Position numbers and translations under genes: made by a program | DNA from: Pseudomonadota bacterium | Lineage (GTDB): Bacteria > Desulfobacterota > Binatia > UBA9968 | DNA: 64,000 bases | NCBI GenBank assembly: GCA_021324155.1 | Contig: JAJPJQ010000037.1 | Coordinates: forward strand, 36,427 to 100,426 | Reading direction: 5' to 3' | Shown here: positions 35,404 through 45,511 of the stretch, piece by piece | How positions within the stretch are numbered: the first letter of the stretch is position 1 | Layout: the number at the start of each line of letters is the position of its first letter | The notes under the pieces: model-generated | The model's database searches: none | What the model was told of the DNA's origin: nothing | What the model saw: only the letters and a program-made list of their open reading frames with translations

Positions 35404-36483
35404 GAGTTTCTCCTCCAAATTGCGCGCCAGCATCTTCACGTCGCCGTAGGGGTCGCCGCGTCTTTTGACCGAGTCTTTGATCGACGCAATCGAGCGCGCC
35501 AGGTTTTTCCCGTTTAGCTGGTAGACCGTCTCGAAGAGATCCAAATCCTTGAAGTAAAGCATGTAGTGCATGAGGACGGCGTTGTTGAGCTGTACCTTGG
35601 CGAAACTGCGATAATGGTGGTTCGGCCGGTCGGCGATCTGCTCCACCCAATTTTTTTGCGCGCGGGCGAAAACTTGCTCGCGCAGGCGGAGCTTCTCGGC
35701 GTCGGGAATATTCTTCGCGTATAGCTCCTCCACCGAAGCGGCCACGTCGCCGAGATAGCGCGAGAACTCGATCTGCTCCTCCCATTCCTCAATGGCGCGC
35801 AGGTGCTCGGGACTGCCCTCGCCCCAGCGATCGCGGAAGAACTGTATCGCCGCCTGGGCGCCGACGAAGTTCGCGAGGCTCTCGTTGAACTCTCCAGCGC
35901 TCCCGACATATAGCGTGTTGTGAAACAACTCGTGAAAGATGATATCCGCGAGCGTCACCTTGTCGTAACGCAATAGATGCGCGAGCAGCGGGTCGTCGAA
36001 CCATCCCAGCGTGCTGAACGCGGGCGAGGTGCGGATATAGGTGTCGTAGCCGTTCTTCTCGAACTTCTTCGCCTCGGCGAGAGCGTCGTCCTGCGAGAAG
36101 TATCCCTTGTAAGGAACGTCGCCGATGACCAGGAACCACCACATGTGCGGCTTCAGCTCGGTCTTCGGCGCAGCCATAAGGACGTAGCTCAGGTTCTGCC
36201 GGTCGACGAAAGAATAGCTCGAATAACTGCCTCTGACGTTGAACTTGAGATGATCGCGGGCGTACTCGCGCACGGCGAGGACGAGCTTGAACTGATCGCG
36301 GGTCTTGGGGTCGAGATCGGGCTTCTTAAGGGCTTCCTCGATCGGCTCGCGGCGCCAGAGGATCTTTCCTTCCTCATACGCCGCGCGCATGACATACGCG
36401 GGAGAGCAGCCGGAAATAGCCACGGCTATAAGAAGGCAGGCGGCGATAAGCAGTCGCCTACCCGGGGTAAAGCTCAGAAACAT
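35341..36483 (-). CDS. Predicted zinc aminopeptidase lipoprotein (HExxH; Aminopep/PF10023-like)
   Basis: Lipobox (AISGCS) after a signal peptide; HELFHNTLY Zn-binding motif. The 3' end overlaps the convergent LLM gene by about 60 nt. Confidence 0.5.
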   Translation of the reverse strand: MFLSFTPGRRLLIAACLLIAVAISGCSPAYVMRAAYEEGKILWRREPIEEALKKPDLDPKTRDQFKLVLAVREYARDHLKFNVRGSYSSYSFVDRQNLSYVLMAAPKTELKPHMWWFLVIGDVPYKGYFSQDDALAEAKKFEKNGYDTYIRTSPAFSTLGWFDDPLLAHLLRYDKVTLADIIFHELFHNTLYVGSAGEFNESLANFVGAQAAIQFFRDRWGEGSPEHLRAIEEWEEQIEFSRYLGDVAASVEELYAKNIPDAEKLRLREQVFARAQKNWVEQIADRPNHHYRSFAKVQLNNAVLMHYMLYFKDLDLFETVYQLNGKNLARSIASIKDSVKRRGDPYGDVKMLARNLEEKLLQAGNRGTESPNRVNVPGGS

Positions 36484-36633
36484 GGCGCGAATTGAGAGAT
36501 TAACACAAAGAAACAGAGAAATGCAAAGGAGAAAAAACAATTTTATTGAAGGATGAACAGCTACAAAAGCGAAGCGGTAATATCAAGGAAAATATGACAA
36601 GATGAACCGATTGCGGCTGCTAACGATCGTCCT

Positions 36634-38511
36634 TTACAGCTTCGCCGCCGTGTCGTCGTCGACCGGCTTCGGCGCCTCGTCCGTGGCGTACTGGAGCTGG
36701 TAGAGCTTGTAGTAAATCCCCTGCTTCTGCATCAGCTCGGCGTGCGTGCCCATCTCGCGGATCTCGCCGTGGTGGAAGACGATGATGCGGTCGGCGTTGC
36801 GGATCGTCGAGAGGCGGTGCGCGATGACGAGGCAGGTGCGTCCTTCCATGACTTTCTCGAGCGCGTCCTGGATCAAAAGCTCGGTCTCGGTGGCGACGCT
36901 TGACGTCGCTTCGTCGAGCACGAGAATCTCGGGCTGAAAGACGAGCACGCGCGCCAGCGACAACAGCTGCCGCTGACCGGTGGAAAAATTGCTGCCGCGC
37001 TCGCGCACATGCGCGCCGAGGCCGTCGGAATGGCGGCTGAGGACGCGCTCGACATTCGCGCAGCGTACCGCCTCCGCGATGCATTCGTCGGAGACGCCGC
37101 TCTCGCCGAGCGTCAGGTTCGTCCGCACGTCGCCGGAAAAAAGAAACACGTCCTGGAGCACGACGCCGATGTGGCGGCGGAGCGCGGATAAATCCCAGTC
37201 GCGCACGTCGACGCCGCTTACTTTGATCGAGCCTCCCTGGATGTCATAGAAGCGGCTGAGCAGCTTGATCGTCGTTGTCTTGCCGGATCCGGTCGCGCCG
37301 ACGATCGCCACGCGCTCGCCCGGCTGCACGGTGAACGAAACGCCCTTCAGCACCGGAGTGTCCGGTTTATACGAGAACCATACGTTCTCGAAGCGCACTT
37401 CGCCGGTGAACGGCTTCGGCACTATGGGCTTCGGCGGATTATCGATGGCGATCGGCGTGTCGAGCAGCTGGAAGATGCGCTCGGCCGACGACATGGCGGA
37501 CTGCATGACCGTGTATTTCTGGCTGAAGTCGCGCAGCGGCACAAAGAAGCGGTTGATATACTCCTTGAACGCGACGATGGTGCCGATGCCGATCGCGCCG
37601 GCGAGCGCCTCGCCGCCGCCGTACCACAACAACAGCGCGAGGCTCACCGAACCGGCCGCTTCGACCATCGAGTACAACGCGGCCTCGTAAACGTTCGAGA
37701 GCTGGTTCGCGTCGCGGTGCGCCGCGTTGAGCTCGTCGAATTCGCGGTAGCTCTTTTCCTCGCGGGTGAAAAGCTGGATCACCGCCATGCCCGAGATCGC
37801 CTCGCCGAGGTAGCCGTTGATGCGCGCGATGCGCTCGCGGATCAGCCGGTAGGTCCGGCGCGCCTTGTGGCGGAAGAAATTGATCGCAAAGAACATCGGC
37901 GGGATCAGCGCGAGCGACACGAGCGCAAGCGTCACGTTGATGTAGAGCATGATCGCCACGATCCACACGAGCATGACGAAGTCCGAGAGGACCGTCATGG
38001 CTCCCGCCGCGAACATCTCTTGCAGCACGTCGACGTCGCTCGTCATGCGCGTCACCAGCCGCCCGACGGGATTCCTGTCGAAGTAGCTCATCGGCAGCTT
38101 CTGCACGTGCGCAAAGATCGCGACGCGCATATCGGCGAGCGACCGCTGCGCCACGAGCATGGTGAGATAATAATGCGCGTAGCCCGAGACCGCCTCCCCG
38201 AGGACCGCGACCATCAGAAGAGCGGCGATGCCGAGTAGTCCACGGAGATCGCCGCCGGCCATGTAGCGGTCGATGGCGATTTTCATGAGATAAGGCTGCG
38301 CGAGGCCGCAGACCTGCAGCAGCGGCAGGAGCAGCAGCGCGCTGAAGAAAAGCCGCTTGTATGGAACGAGGAAGCGCCACAACCGGCGGATGAGCCGGAT
38401 GTCATACGCCTTGCCGTACTCTTCTTCCGGCTGCTGGTCGGGCGCCGGACGGAACGCGCTCTGCTTTCCGTTCCGCGCCGCGCCGTTGGTAGGTTCGATG
38501 GGATTCGCCAT
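36634..38511 (-). CDS. ABC transporter ATP-binding/permease fusion protein (type I exporter half-transporter, MsbA-like)
   Basis: 6-TM domain plus NBD with Walker A GATGSGKTT, signature FSTGQRQ, Walker B ILVLDEATS. Confidence 0.8.
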   Translation of the reverse strand: MANPIEPTNGAARNGKQSAFRPAPDQQPEEEYGKAYDIRLIRRLWRFLVPYKRLFFSALLLLPLLQVCGLAQPYLMKIAIDRYMAGGDLRGLLGIAALLMVAVLGEAVSGYAHYYLTMLVAQRSLADMRVAIFAHVQKLPMSYFDRNPVGRLVTRMTSDVDVLQEMFAAGAMTVLSDFVMLVWIVAIMLYINVTLALVSLALIPPMFFAINFFRHKARRTYRLIRERIARINGYLGEAISGMAVIQLFTREEKSYREFDELNAAHRDANQLSNVYEAALYSMVEAAGSVSLALLLWYGGGEALAGAIGIGTIVAFKEYINRFFVPLRDFSQKYTVMQSAMSSAERIFQLLDTPIAIDNPPKPIVPKPFTGEVRFENVWFSYKPDTPVLKGVSFTVQPGERVAIVGATGSGKTTTIKLLSRFYDIQGGSIKVSGVDVRDWDLSALRRHIGVVLQDVFLFSGDVRTNLTLGESGVSDECIAEAVRCANVERVLSRHSDGLGAHVRERGSNFSTGQRQLLSLARVLVFQPEILVLDEATSSVATETELLIQDALEKVMEGRTCLVIAHRLSTIRNADRIIVFHHGEIREMGTHAELMQKQGIYYKLYQLQYATDEAPKPVDDDTAAKL

Positions 38512-38516
38512 GCCGA

Positions 38517-40259
38517 TTAGTCGATATGCTCCAATTCTTCCGTGAGCTGCTGCTGGCGATAGAGGTCGGCGTAAAGGCCGCCGCGAGCGACGAGATCCTG
38601 GTGCGTGCCGCGCTCAATGACGCGTCCTTCGTCGAGGACCAGGATCTCGTCGGCTTCCTTCACCGCCGATATCCGGTGCGAGATGATGACGCAGGTCTTC
38701 TCGTCGATGGCGGATCTCAGGCCGCGGAGAATCACATCCTCGGTCTCGGCGTCGACGCTGGACAGGCAGTCGTCGAGCACGAGAAAGGGCGCGTCCGCGA
38801 CGAGGGCGCGCGCGAGCGTCGCGCGCTGCTTCTGCCCGCCGGAGAGGGTGATGCCGCGCTCGCCGACGATCGTTTGAAGACCCTCGGGAAAGATCGCGAC
38901 GTCGCGGTCGAGGCGCGTCGTCTGCACGGCCGCCTCGATCTCTTCGTCGGACACCTCGTCGCGGCTGAAAGCCAAGTTGCGCGCGAGCGATGTCGAGAAG
39001 AGAAACGGGTCCTGCGGCACATAGCCGATCACTTTCCGGAGCTCTCCGAGCGAAAGCGAGCGCACGTCGCGGCCGCCGATGCGGACCTCGCCGGACGACA
39101 CGTCGTAGAGCCGCGGGATCAGCTGCGCGAGCGTGCTCTTCCCCGCGCCGGTGCGGCCGACGATTCCGAGCGTGCGGCCGCGCGGTACGACGACGTCGAT
39201 GTCCTTGATGATTGCCTCGCCGTTGACCTTGCCGTCGTGCGCGAACGAGACGTTTCTGAACTCGATGCCTTGCTTTCCATTGCCGACAGCCTGCGCCACG
39301 GCGGGGCTCGCGATCGCCGGCTCGATCTTGAATATCTCCTCGAGCCGCTCCATCGCCGCCCGGCCGCGCTCGATGAGCGACAGCATCCAGCCGAACGCCG
39401 CCGTCGGCCACGCGAGCACGTGGAGGTAAGCGATGAAAGCGACAATGTCGGCAATCAAGAGATCGCCGCGTATCACGCGCCACCCGCCGTAACCGACGAC
39501 GAGCAGGATCATCATGCCGGCGAGCGCCTGCATGACAGGCCCGAGCAGGCCGCGCAGGCGCGCGAGCTCCATGTTCTTGTCCTGGAAGTCCCGGTTCAGC
39601 TCGACGAAGTCGCGGATCTGGTTGGCTTCCTGGGTATAGGCTTTGACGACGTGCATGCCGCTCAAGTTCTCCTGGATGTGCGAGCTCAGCTCCGCCATCT
39701 GCCGCTGTACGCTGAGAGAGCTCTTGAGGATCCGCCCGCGGAAGCGGCGCACGGCATACATCAGCAGCGGACACGGAAGCAGCGCGACGAGCGTCAGGCG
39801 CACGTCGATCGAGAACATGAGAACGATGCCATAGAGATAGTATGCCGGCGCGTTGACAAAATTGAGAATGCCCGGGCCGAGGAGCGAGCGCACGGCGGAG
39901 ATGTCGTTGATCACGCGCGACATGAGGTCGCCGGTGCGCTGCGCATGGTAGAAACCGACCGGCAGTTTCTCCAGATGGGCGAAGAGATCGTTTCTAATGT
40001 CGTACTCGATGTCGCGCCCGGCGTTGAAGATAAAGGCGCGGGAAAAAGTGCGGATGACGCCTTGCGCGACGCCCGCGACGGCGATCAGCGCCGCATAATA
40101 GCGCACGTCCCAGAGACTGCCGCCCTGCTCGATGACCTTGACCGCCCCGCGCATGAGCCACGGGATCCACATGACGAGCGATACCGTGCCAAGCAAGCAG
40201 AGCGCGCCGAGGACATAGCGCCGCCAGTAGCGCAGCACGTAAGTCCACAGCCTTCCCAT
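38517..40259 (-). CDS. ABC transporter ATP-binding/permease fusion protein (heterodimer partner)
   Basis: 6-TM domain plus NBD (GRTGAGKST, LSGGQKQR, LVLDDCLSSVD). 5-bp spacer to the downstream paralog, so likely a heterodimeric exporter. Confidence 0.8.
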   Translation of the reverse strand: MGRLWTYVLRYWRRYVLGALCLLGTVSLVMWIPWLMRGAVKVIEQGGSLWDVRYYAALIAVAGVAQGVIRTFSRAFIFNAGRDIEYDIRNDLFAHLEKLPVGFYHAQRTGDLMSRVINDISAVRSLLGPGILNFVNAPAYYLYGIVLMFSIDVRLTLVALLPCPLLMYAVRRFRGRILKSSLSVQRQMAELSSHIQENLSGMHVVKAYTQEANQIRDFVELNRDFQDKNMELARLRGLLGPVMQALAGMMILLVVGYGGWRVIRGDLLIADIVAFIAYLHVLAWPTAAFGWMLSLIERGRAAMERLEEIFKIEPAIASPAVAQAVGNGKQGIEFRNVSFAHDGKVNGEAIIKDIDVVVPRGRTLGIVGRTGAGKSTLAQLIPRLYDVSSGEVRIGGRDVRSLSLGELRKVIGYVPQDPFLFSTSLARNLAFSRDEVSDEEIEAAVQTTRLDRDVAIFPEGLQTIVGERGITLSGGQKQRATLARALVADAPFLVLDDCLSSVDAETEDVILRGLRSAIDEKTCVIISHRISAVKEADEILVLDEGRVIERGTHQDLVARGGLYADLYRQQQLTEELEHID

Positions 40260-40345
40260 AGAAGAAATTTATACGCTACAGGGGGAATGTTCGCAAGGAA
40301 AACGGCGCGAATGCCGCGAAAAATCGAGGAAAATACGCCAATTGC

Positions 40346-41416
40346 TTGATCGCGTGTGCGCGCTGTTGTAGCCTGGCGTTTGTGCGAAGCGACAAGGACG
40401 CGCGTATCCGACGCGCGCTTCTCGGCTGGTACGACCGCGCGCGGCGCGAGCTGCCGTGGCGTACCACTCGCGACCCCTACGCGATCTGGGTCGCCGAGAC
40501 GATGCTCCAGCAGACCCAGGTTAAAACCGTTCTTCCCTACTACTATCGCTTCCTCGCCGCTTTTCCCTCGGTCATCGATCTCGACCGTGCGCGCCGCGAC
40601 AAGGTGCTGGCGCTCTGGTCGGGACTCGGCTATTACCGCCGCCCGACGAATTTGAAAAAAGCGGCGCGCGAAATCGTGCTGCGCCATGGCGGCCGCCTGC
40701 CGCGCGATTTCGCGGCGCTCCGCGAGCTGCCCGGCGTCGGCGACTACACTGCAGGCGCGGTAATGAGCATCGCGTTCGGCGCGCGCTATCCCGCGCTCGA
40801 CGCGAACGCGCGGCGCGTGCTCTCGCGCATCTACGGCCTGAGCGACAACGCGCGGCTGCGGGCGCTTGCGGCGCGTGTCGTGCCCGCGTCACGCCCGGGC
40901 GATTTCAATCAGGCGCTGATGGATTTGGGCGCGACGGTATGCCCGGCGCGGAATCCACGGTGCGCTGATTGCCCGGTCGGAGCCCATTGCGCCGCGTCGC
41001 ATGCCGGCCCCATCGCAAAGACCGCGGCCAAACCGCCGCCGCGTAAAGTCGAATGGCCGCTGGCGATCGTCGCGAAGAACGGCAGAATCCTTCTACGCCG
41101 CCGCCACCGGCACGGCCTTCTCGCCGGCATGTGGGAAATTCCCGGAGGCGAGAAAAAGCCGCGCGAGCGGGCAACGGCGGCGCTCGCGCGCGAGCTCGCC
41201 GCGGTCGGGGCGCGCGTCGCATCGGCAACGATGCTGGGAATTGTCCGGCACAGCATCACCAACCGCAGCATACGCGCTCCGGTATACTTCTGCGCGCTCG
41301 CGGGCGATCCATCCGGCGGATTGCGCGGCTGGCGCTGGTTTGCGCTCGACGCGCTCAAAAAGCTTCCGATTTCCGCGCTCAGCGTCAAAGCGGCGCGGCT
41401 CGCACCGCAGGCATGA
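40346..41416 (+). CDS. mutY: A/G-specific adenine DNA glycosylase
   Basis: HhH-GPD motifs (LPGVGDYTAGAV), 4Fe-4S Cys cluster (CPARNPRCADCPVGAHC), C-terminal NUDIX-like domain. Confidence 0.8.
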   Translation: MIACARCCSLAFVRSDKDARIRRALLGWYDRARRELPWRTTRDPYAIWVAETMLQQTQVKTVLPYYYRFLAAFPSVIDLDRARRDKVLALWSGLGYYRRPTNLKKAAREIVLRHGGRLPRDFAALRELPGVGDYTAGAVMSIAFGARYPALDANARRVLSRIYGLSDNARLRALAARVVPASRPGDFNQALMDLGATVCPARNPRCADCPVGAHCAASHAGPIAKTAAKPPPRKVEWPLAIVAKNGRILLRRRHRHGLLAGMWEIPGGEKKPRERATAALARELAAVGARVASATMLGIVRHSITNRSIRAPVYFCALAGDPSGGLRGWRWFALDALKKLPISALSVKAARLAPQA

Positions 41417-42186
41417 GGCGCGTCGTCGTCAAAGGCGTTTTCGCCGCGCTCGTCGTCGGCTTCATCGTCTACGAGTATTTGAGCTTCCCCGACGTGTCGG
41501 CGCTCAAAAAGAAAAATCCGCGCACGACGGCGCTGATGGAGCTGCGCGACGAGCAGTACCGCAGCCGCGGCACGCGCTTGCAGCGTCAGCAGGTCTGGGT
41601 ACCGTACGATTCCGTCTCGGAGCATCTCAAGAAAGCGATCCTGCTCAGCGAGGACGCGGCGTTCTTCAGCCACAACGGCGTCGATTTCTACGAGCTCAAG
41701 GAAGCCGTGAAGCGGGACTGGCAAAAACGCGAATTCGCGCGCGGCGGCAGCACGATCACGATGCAGCTGGCGCGAAATCTCTATCTCAACCCGTCGAAAA
41801 ACCCGCTGAGAAAATTACGCGAAATGATCATTGCCTTCCAGCTCGAGCGCGCGCTCAGCAAACGCCGGATTTTCGAGCTGTATCTCAATGTCGTCGAATG
41901 GGGACGCGGCATTTACGGCGCCGAGGCGGCGTCGCGCTATTATTTATCGAAGCCGGTCTCGGCGCTCGATCCAGCGGACGCGGCGACGCTCGCCGCGCTT
42001 TTGCCGAGCCCGCTGAATCCGCGCGAGAAGGGCCTGCTGTACCGGAGGAATCTGATTCTTAAGCGGATGGCGGCGACAAACCACATCAGTGGCGCCGAGG
42101 CCGACCGCCAGAGCCGCCGTCCGCTGTTTTATCGCGGCGAGGAGCCGCCCCCGCCTCCGGAGGAAGAAAAATCCCTTTTCGACTAG
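41413..42186 (+). CDS. mtgA: Monofunctional biosynthetic peptidoglycan transglycosylase
   Basis: GT51 motifs (EDAAFFSHNGVD, GGSTITMQLARN, RKLREMIIAFQLE). Start overlaps the mutY stop. Confidence 0.8.
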   Translation: MRRVVVKGVFAALVVGFIVYEYLSFPDVSALKKKNPRTTALMELRDEQYRSRGTRLQRQQVWVPYDSVSEHLKKAILLSEDAAFFSHNGVDFYELKEAVKRDWQKREFARGGSTITMQLARNLYLNPSKNPLRKLREMIIAFQLERALSKRRIFELYLNVVEWGRGIYGAEAASRYYLSKPVSALDPADAATLAALLPSPLNPREKGLLYRRNLILKRMAATNHISGAEADRQSRRPLFYRGEEPPPPPEEEKSLFD

Positions 42187-42262
42187 CGAGCGTAATATCT
42201 ATGGGATGCTGCGTTTGGCATGCTCAGGCCGCGTGGTAATATAAGACCTTCGGGAGAGGCTT

Positions 42263-43222
42263 ATGCTGATCAAAAAACCTGCGGATATTAAATCGTCCGC
42301 TATCACGTCCAAAGAGCTCTTCTTGAGCCGCCGGGGCTTTCTTGTGCAGGCGGCGATCGCCGGCGCCGCCGTCGCCGGGCTCGCCGCGCCGGATTTCTTA
42401 TTGCCCTCGGAGGTCCACGCAGGCGAGAAGCTCGCCAAGGTGCAGAAAAGCAAGCTCAGCATCGACGAGAAGCAGACACCGCTGAAGGACATCACGACCT
42501 ATAATAATTTCTACGAGTTCGGCACGGATAAATACTCGCCGGCTCAGTATGCGAAATCGCTCATGCCGCGGCCGTGGACCGTCGCGGTCGAAGGCGAGAT
42601 CAACAAGCCCAAACGCTACGACATAGATGAGCTGATGAAGCTCGCGCCGCTCGAGGAGCGCATCTACCGCATGCGCTGCGTCGAGGGCTGGTCGATGGTG
42701 ATCCCGTGGATCGGCTTTCCTTTGAACGCGCTCATCAAGCGCGCAGAGCCCACCGGCAAGGCAAAGTTCGTCGAGTTCACGACGCTGCTCGATCCCAAGC
42801 AGATGCCCGAGCAGCGGAGCCGGATGATTCTCGATTGGCCCTACATCGAGGGACTGCGCATAGACGAGGCGAATCATCCGCTGGCGATCCTGGGCGTCGG
42901 CCTCTACGGCGAGACCCTGCCGAACCAGAACGGCGCGCCGATTCGCATCGTCGTGCCGTGGAAGTACGGCTTCAAGAGCATTAAGTCGATCGTCAAGATC
43001 CGCTTTGTCGAGCAGCAGCCGATGACGACCTGGATGAAGGCCGGTCCCACGGAGTACGGCTTTTATTCGAACGTCAACCCCGAGGTCGATCACCCGCGCT
43101 GGAGCCAGGCGACCGAGCGGCGCATCGGCGAGTTCCTCAAACGCAAGACTCTCCCGTTCAACGGCTACGGCGACCAGGTCGCGTCGCTGTACTCGGGCAT
43201 GGACCTCCGCAAATACTTCTGA
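42263..43222 (+). CDS. msrP: Protein-methionine-sulfoxide reductase catalytic subunit MsrP (YedY-like molybdoenzyme)
   Basis: Tat signal ([15 protein letters not shown]); MoCo-binding sulfite-oxidase-fold motifs ([24 protein letters not shown]). Confidence 0.85.
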   Translation: MLIKKPADIKSSAITSKELFLSRRGFLVQAAIAGAAVAGLAAPDFLLPSEVHAGEKLAKVQKSKLSIDEKQTPLKDITTYNNFYEFGTDKYSPAQYAKSLMPRPWTVAVEGEINKPKRYDIDELMKLAPLEERIYRMRCVEGWSMVIPWIGFPLNALIKRAEPTGKAKFVEFTTLLDPKQMPEQRSRMILDWPYIEGLRIDEANHPLAILGVGLYGETLPNQNGAPIRIVVPWKYGFKSIKSIVKIRFVEQQPMTTWMKAGPTEYGFYSNVNPEVDHPRWSQATERRIGEFLKRKTLPFNGYGDQVASLYSGMDLRKYF

Positions 43223-43246
43223 AGAAAAATGTTTACATTTTGAATT

Positions 43247-43891
43247 ATGAGTTTTGAATTCACCATTCAAAATTTAAAATTCAAAATTGCGAAGGCGGCG
43301 GTTTTCGCCGCCTGCTTGACGCCGCTTTACTGCCTCGCCTACTTCGCGTTCACGGACAACCTCGGCGCGAACCCGATCGAAGTGATCACCCACTGGACTG
43401 GCGACGCGACGATCATTTTTCTCCTGATCACGCTGGCTGTCACGCCGCTCAGAAAAACCACCGGCTGGAACGACGCCGTCAAGTTCCGCCGCCTGCTGGG
43501 ACTCTTCGCGTTTTTTTACGCCTGCCTCCATTTCATGACCTACGTTTGGCTCGATCAGTTCTTCGATTTCCGCGGCATTGTCAAAGACGTCGCCAAGCGG
43601 CCGTTCATTACGGTCGGTTTCGCGAGCTTCATCCTATTGATCCCGCTCGCGCTCACGTCCACGGCGGCGATGGTGCGCCGCCTGGGAAAGCGCTGGCAGC
43701 AGCTCCATCGGCTCGTCTACTTCGCAGCCGCAGGCGGCGTGATACACTACTGGTGGCTCGTAAAAAAGGACATCCGCTGGCCGCTTGCGTTCGGCGTCGT
43801 GCTCGCGCTCCTGCTCGCGTTTCGCGCCGCGGTGCGCTGGAGCGCGCGCCAGCCTTCGCGTCCGTTCGCGGCGGCAGCCGAGAAGCAATGA
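43247..43891 (+). CDS. msrQ: Protein-methionine-sulfoxide reductase heme-binding subunit MsrQ (YedZ-like)
   Basis: 6 TM helices with conserved His (THWTGD, LHFMTY, IHYWW) of the YedZ family. Confidence 0.8.
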   Translation: MSFEFTIQNLKFKIAKAAVFAACLTPLYCLAYFAFTDNLGANPIEVITHWTGDATIIFLLITLAVTPLRKTTGWNDAVKFRRLLGLFAFFYACLHFMTYVWLDQFFDFRGIVKDVAKRPFITVGFASFILLIPLALTSTAAMVRRLGKRWQQLHRLVYFAAAGGVIHYWWLVKKDIRWPLAFGVVLALLLAFRAAVRWSARQPSRPFAAAAEKQ

Positions 43892-44745
43892 ACGATATCG
43901 TCTACCGCCATAACCGCGTCACGCGCGCGACGCACTGGGTCAACGCCGTCGCGCTCATGGTGCTTTTCATGAGCGGCCTCATGATCTTCAACGCCTACCC
44001 GCATCTCCACTGGGGCAGCAAGGCAGAGCCGGCCGAAGCGTTCTTCTCGATTTACGCCTCGGGCGAGGACGGTGAAGTGCGATCCTACACCGAACTTTAC
44101 GGACGGCGCTACGACACGACCGGCGTTCTGGGCACGCAGAACACGGACATGGGGCCGCTGCCGCGCGCGTTCCCGAGCTGGATCACGATCCCGGGCTTCT
44201 ATTGCCTCGCGTGCGGTCGCCGCTGGCATTTTTTCTTCGCCTGGCTATTCGTGCTGAACGGCCTATTCTACTTCATATATAATCGCGCGACCGGCCACGT
44301 CTCGCAGTTCATCCTGCGACCGCGCGACGTGCCGAAGCTGCTGCCGATGGCGCTCTATTATCTACACTTGCGCAAGACCTCGCCGCAGGACGGCGAGTAC
44401 AATCCGCTGCAAAAGCTCGCCTACACGTCGGTATTTTTCGTTCTCACGCCGCTCGTCATGATGACGGGGCTGGCGATGTCGCCGCAAATGGGCGTCGCAT
44501 TCAACTGGCTCCCCGCGATCTTCGGCGGACGCCAGTCTGCGCGCAGCGTCCACTTCATCCTGGCGTTCGCCTTCGCGCTTTTTACGCTTGGCCACGTCAT
44601 GATGGTGATCACGACGGGCATGATCAACAACATGCGCAGCATGGTGAGCGGCTGGTACCGCGAAAAGTTCCACGTAGCCACGGCGGTCGAAGCGCCCGTG
44701 CCGCGCGCGGAGAATGGAGGCGCCGATGACAAAGAGCGGCCCTGA
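43888..44745 (+). CDS. Di-heme cytochrome b (Ni/Fe-hydrogenase b-type / PF01292-like) membrane subunit
   Basis: N-terminus VYRHNRVTRATHWVNAV... and TM-embedded His residues. Start overlaps the msrQ stop (ATGA). Confidence 0.6.
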   Translation: MNDIVYRHNRVTRATHWVNAVALMVLFMSGLMIFNAYPHLHWGSKAEPAEAFFSIYASGEDGEVRSYTELYGRRYDTTGVLGTQNTDMGPLPRAFPSWITIPGFYCLACGRRWHFFFAWLFVLNGLFYFIYNRATGHVSQFILRPRDVPKLLPMALYYLHLRKTSPQDGEYNPLQKLAYTSVFFVLTPLVMMTGLAMSPQMGVAFNWLPAIFGGRQSARSVHFILAFAFALFTLGHVMMVITTGMINNMRSMVSGWYREKFHVATAVEAPVPRAENGGADDKERP

Positions 44746-45511
44746 GATCACGCGGAGAAAAATTCTTACCGGCGCGCTCTACGGCGCGGCGCTGCTCGGC
44801 CTCTCCGGCTGCGATAAGCTCTTCGATCGCCTTCAGCAAAGCCGCAGAATCGGTGCGCTCCTCGACTCCGCCGAAAGCGCGAGCCGCCGGTTTCTGCGCC
44901 TCCTCACCGGCCGGCGCAGGCTGGCACAGGAATTCGAGGAAAAAGATATCTCGCGCTACTTCAAGCCCAACGGCAACCCGCCGCCGCTCGAAAACGAATA
45001 CATGGCCGACGCCAAGGCTGGCTGGCCGAACTGGCGGCTGGAGATCGGCGGCATGGTCGAGCGGCCGACGCGCTTGACGCTCGAGGAGCTGAAGGGAGTG
45101 CCCGCGCGCACGCAGATCACCCGCCATGACTGCGTCGAGGGCTGGAGCGCCATCGCGAAATGGAAGGGCGTGCCGCTCGCGCGCATCATTGCGCGCGTCA
45201 TCCCCGCGCCCGCCGCGCGCTACGTCGTCTTTCATTGCATGGACCGCGACGACAACGGCGAGCTCTATTACGAGAGCATCGACATGCGCGACGCGCGCCA
45301 CCCGCAGACGATCCTCGCCTACGAGATGAACGGTGTCCCGCTGCCGGTCGAGCACGGTGCGCCCCTTCGCCTCCGCGTCGAGACGCAGCTCGGCTACAAG
45401 ATGGCGAAATACATCCGGCGCATCGAATTCGTCGCCGACCTGAAAACAATCCCACGCGGCAAAGGCGGCTATTGGGAAGACCGCGGCTACGAGTGGTACG
45501 CGGGTATATGA
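44714..45511 (+). CDS. Sulfite-oxidase-family molybdopterin oxidoreductase catalytic subunit (second YedY-like)
   Basis: Tat-like RRKILTG; MoCo domain motifs (HDCVEGWSAI, PLRLRVETQLGYKMAKY). Overlaps the cytochrome b gene 3' end. Confidence 0.7.
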   Translation: MEAPMTKSGPEITRRKILTGALYGAALLGLSGCDKLFDRLQQSRRIGALLDSAESASRRFLRLLTGRRRLAQEFEEKDISRYFKPNGNPPPLENEYMADAKAGWPNWRLEIGGMVERPTRLTLEELKGVPARTQITRHDCVEGWSAIAKWKGVPLARIIARVIPAPAARYVVFHCMDRDDNGELYYESIDMRDARHPQTILAYEMNGVPLPVEHGAPLRLRVETQLGYKMAKYIRRIEFVADLKTIPRGKGGYWEDRGYEWYAGI

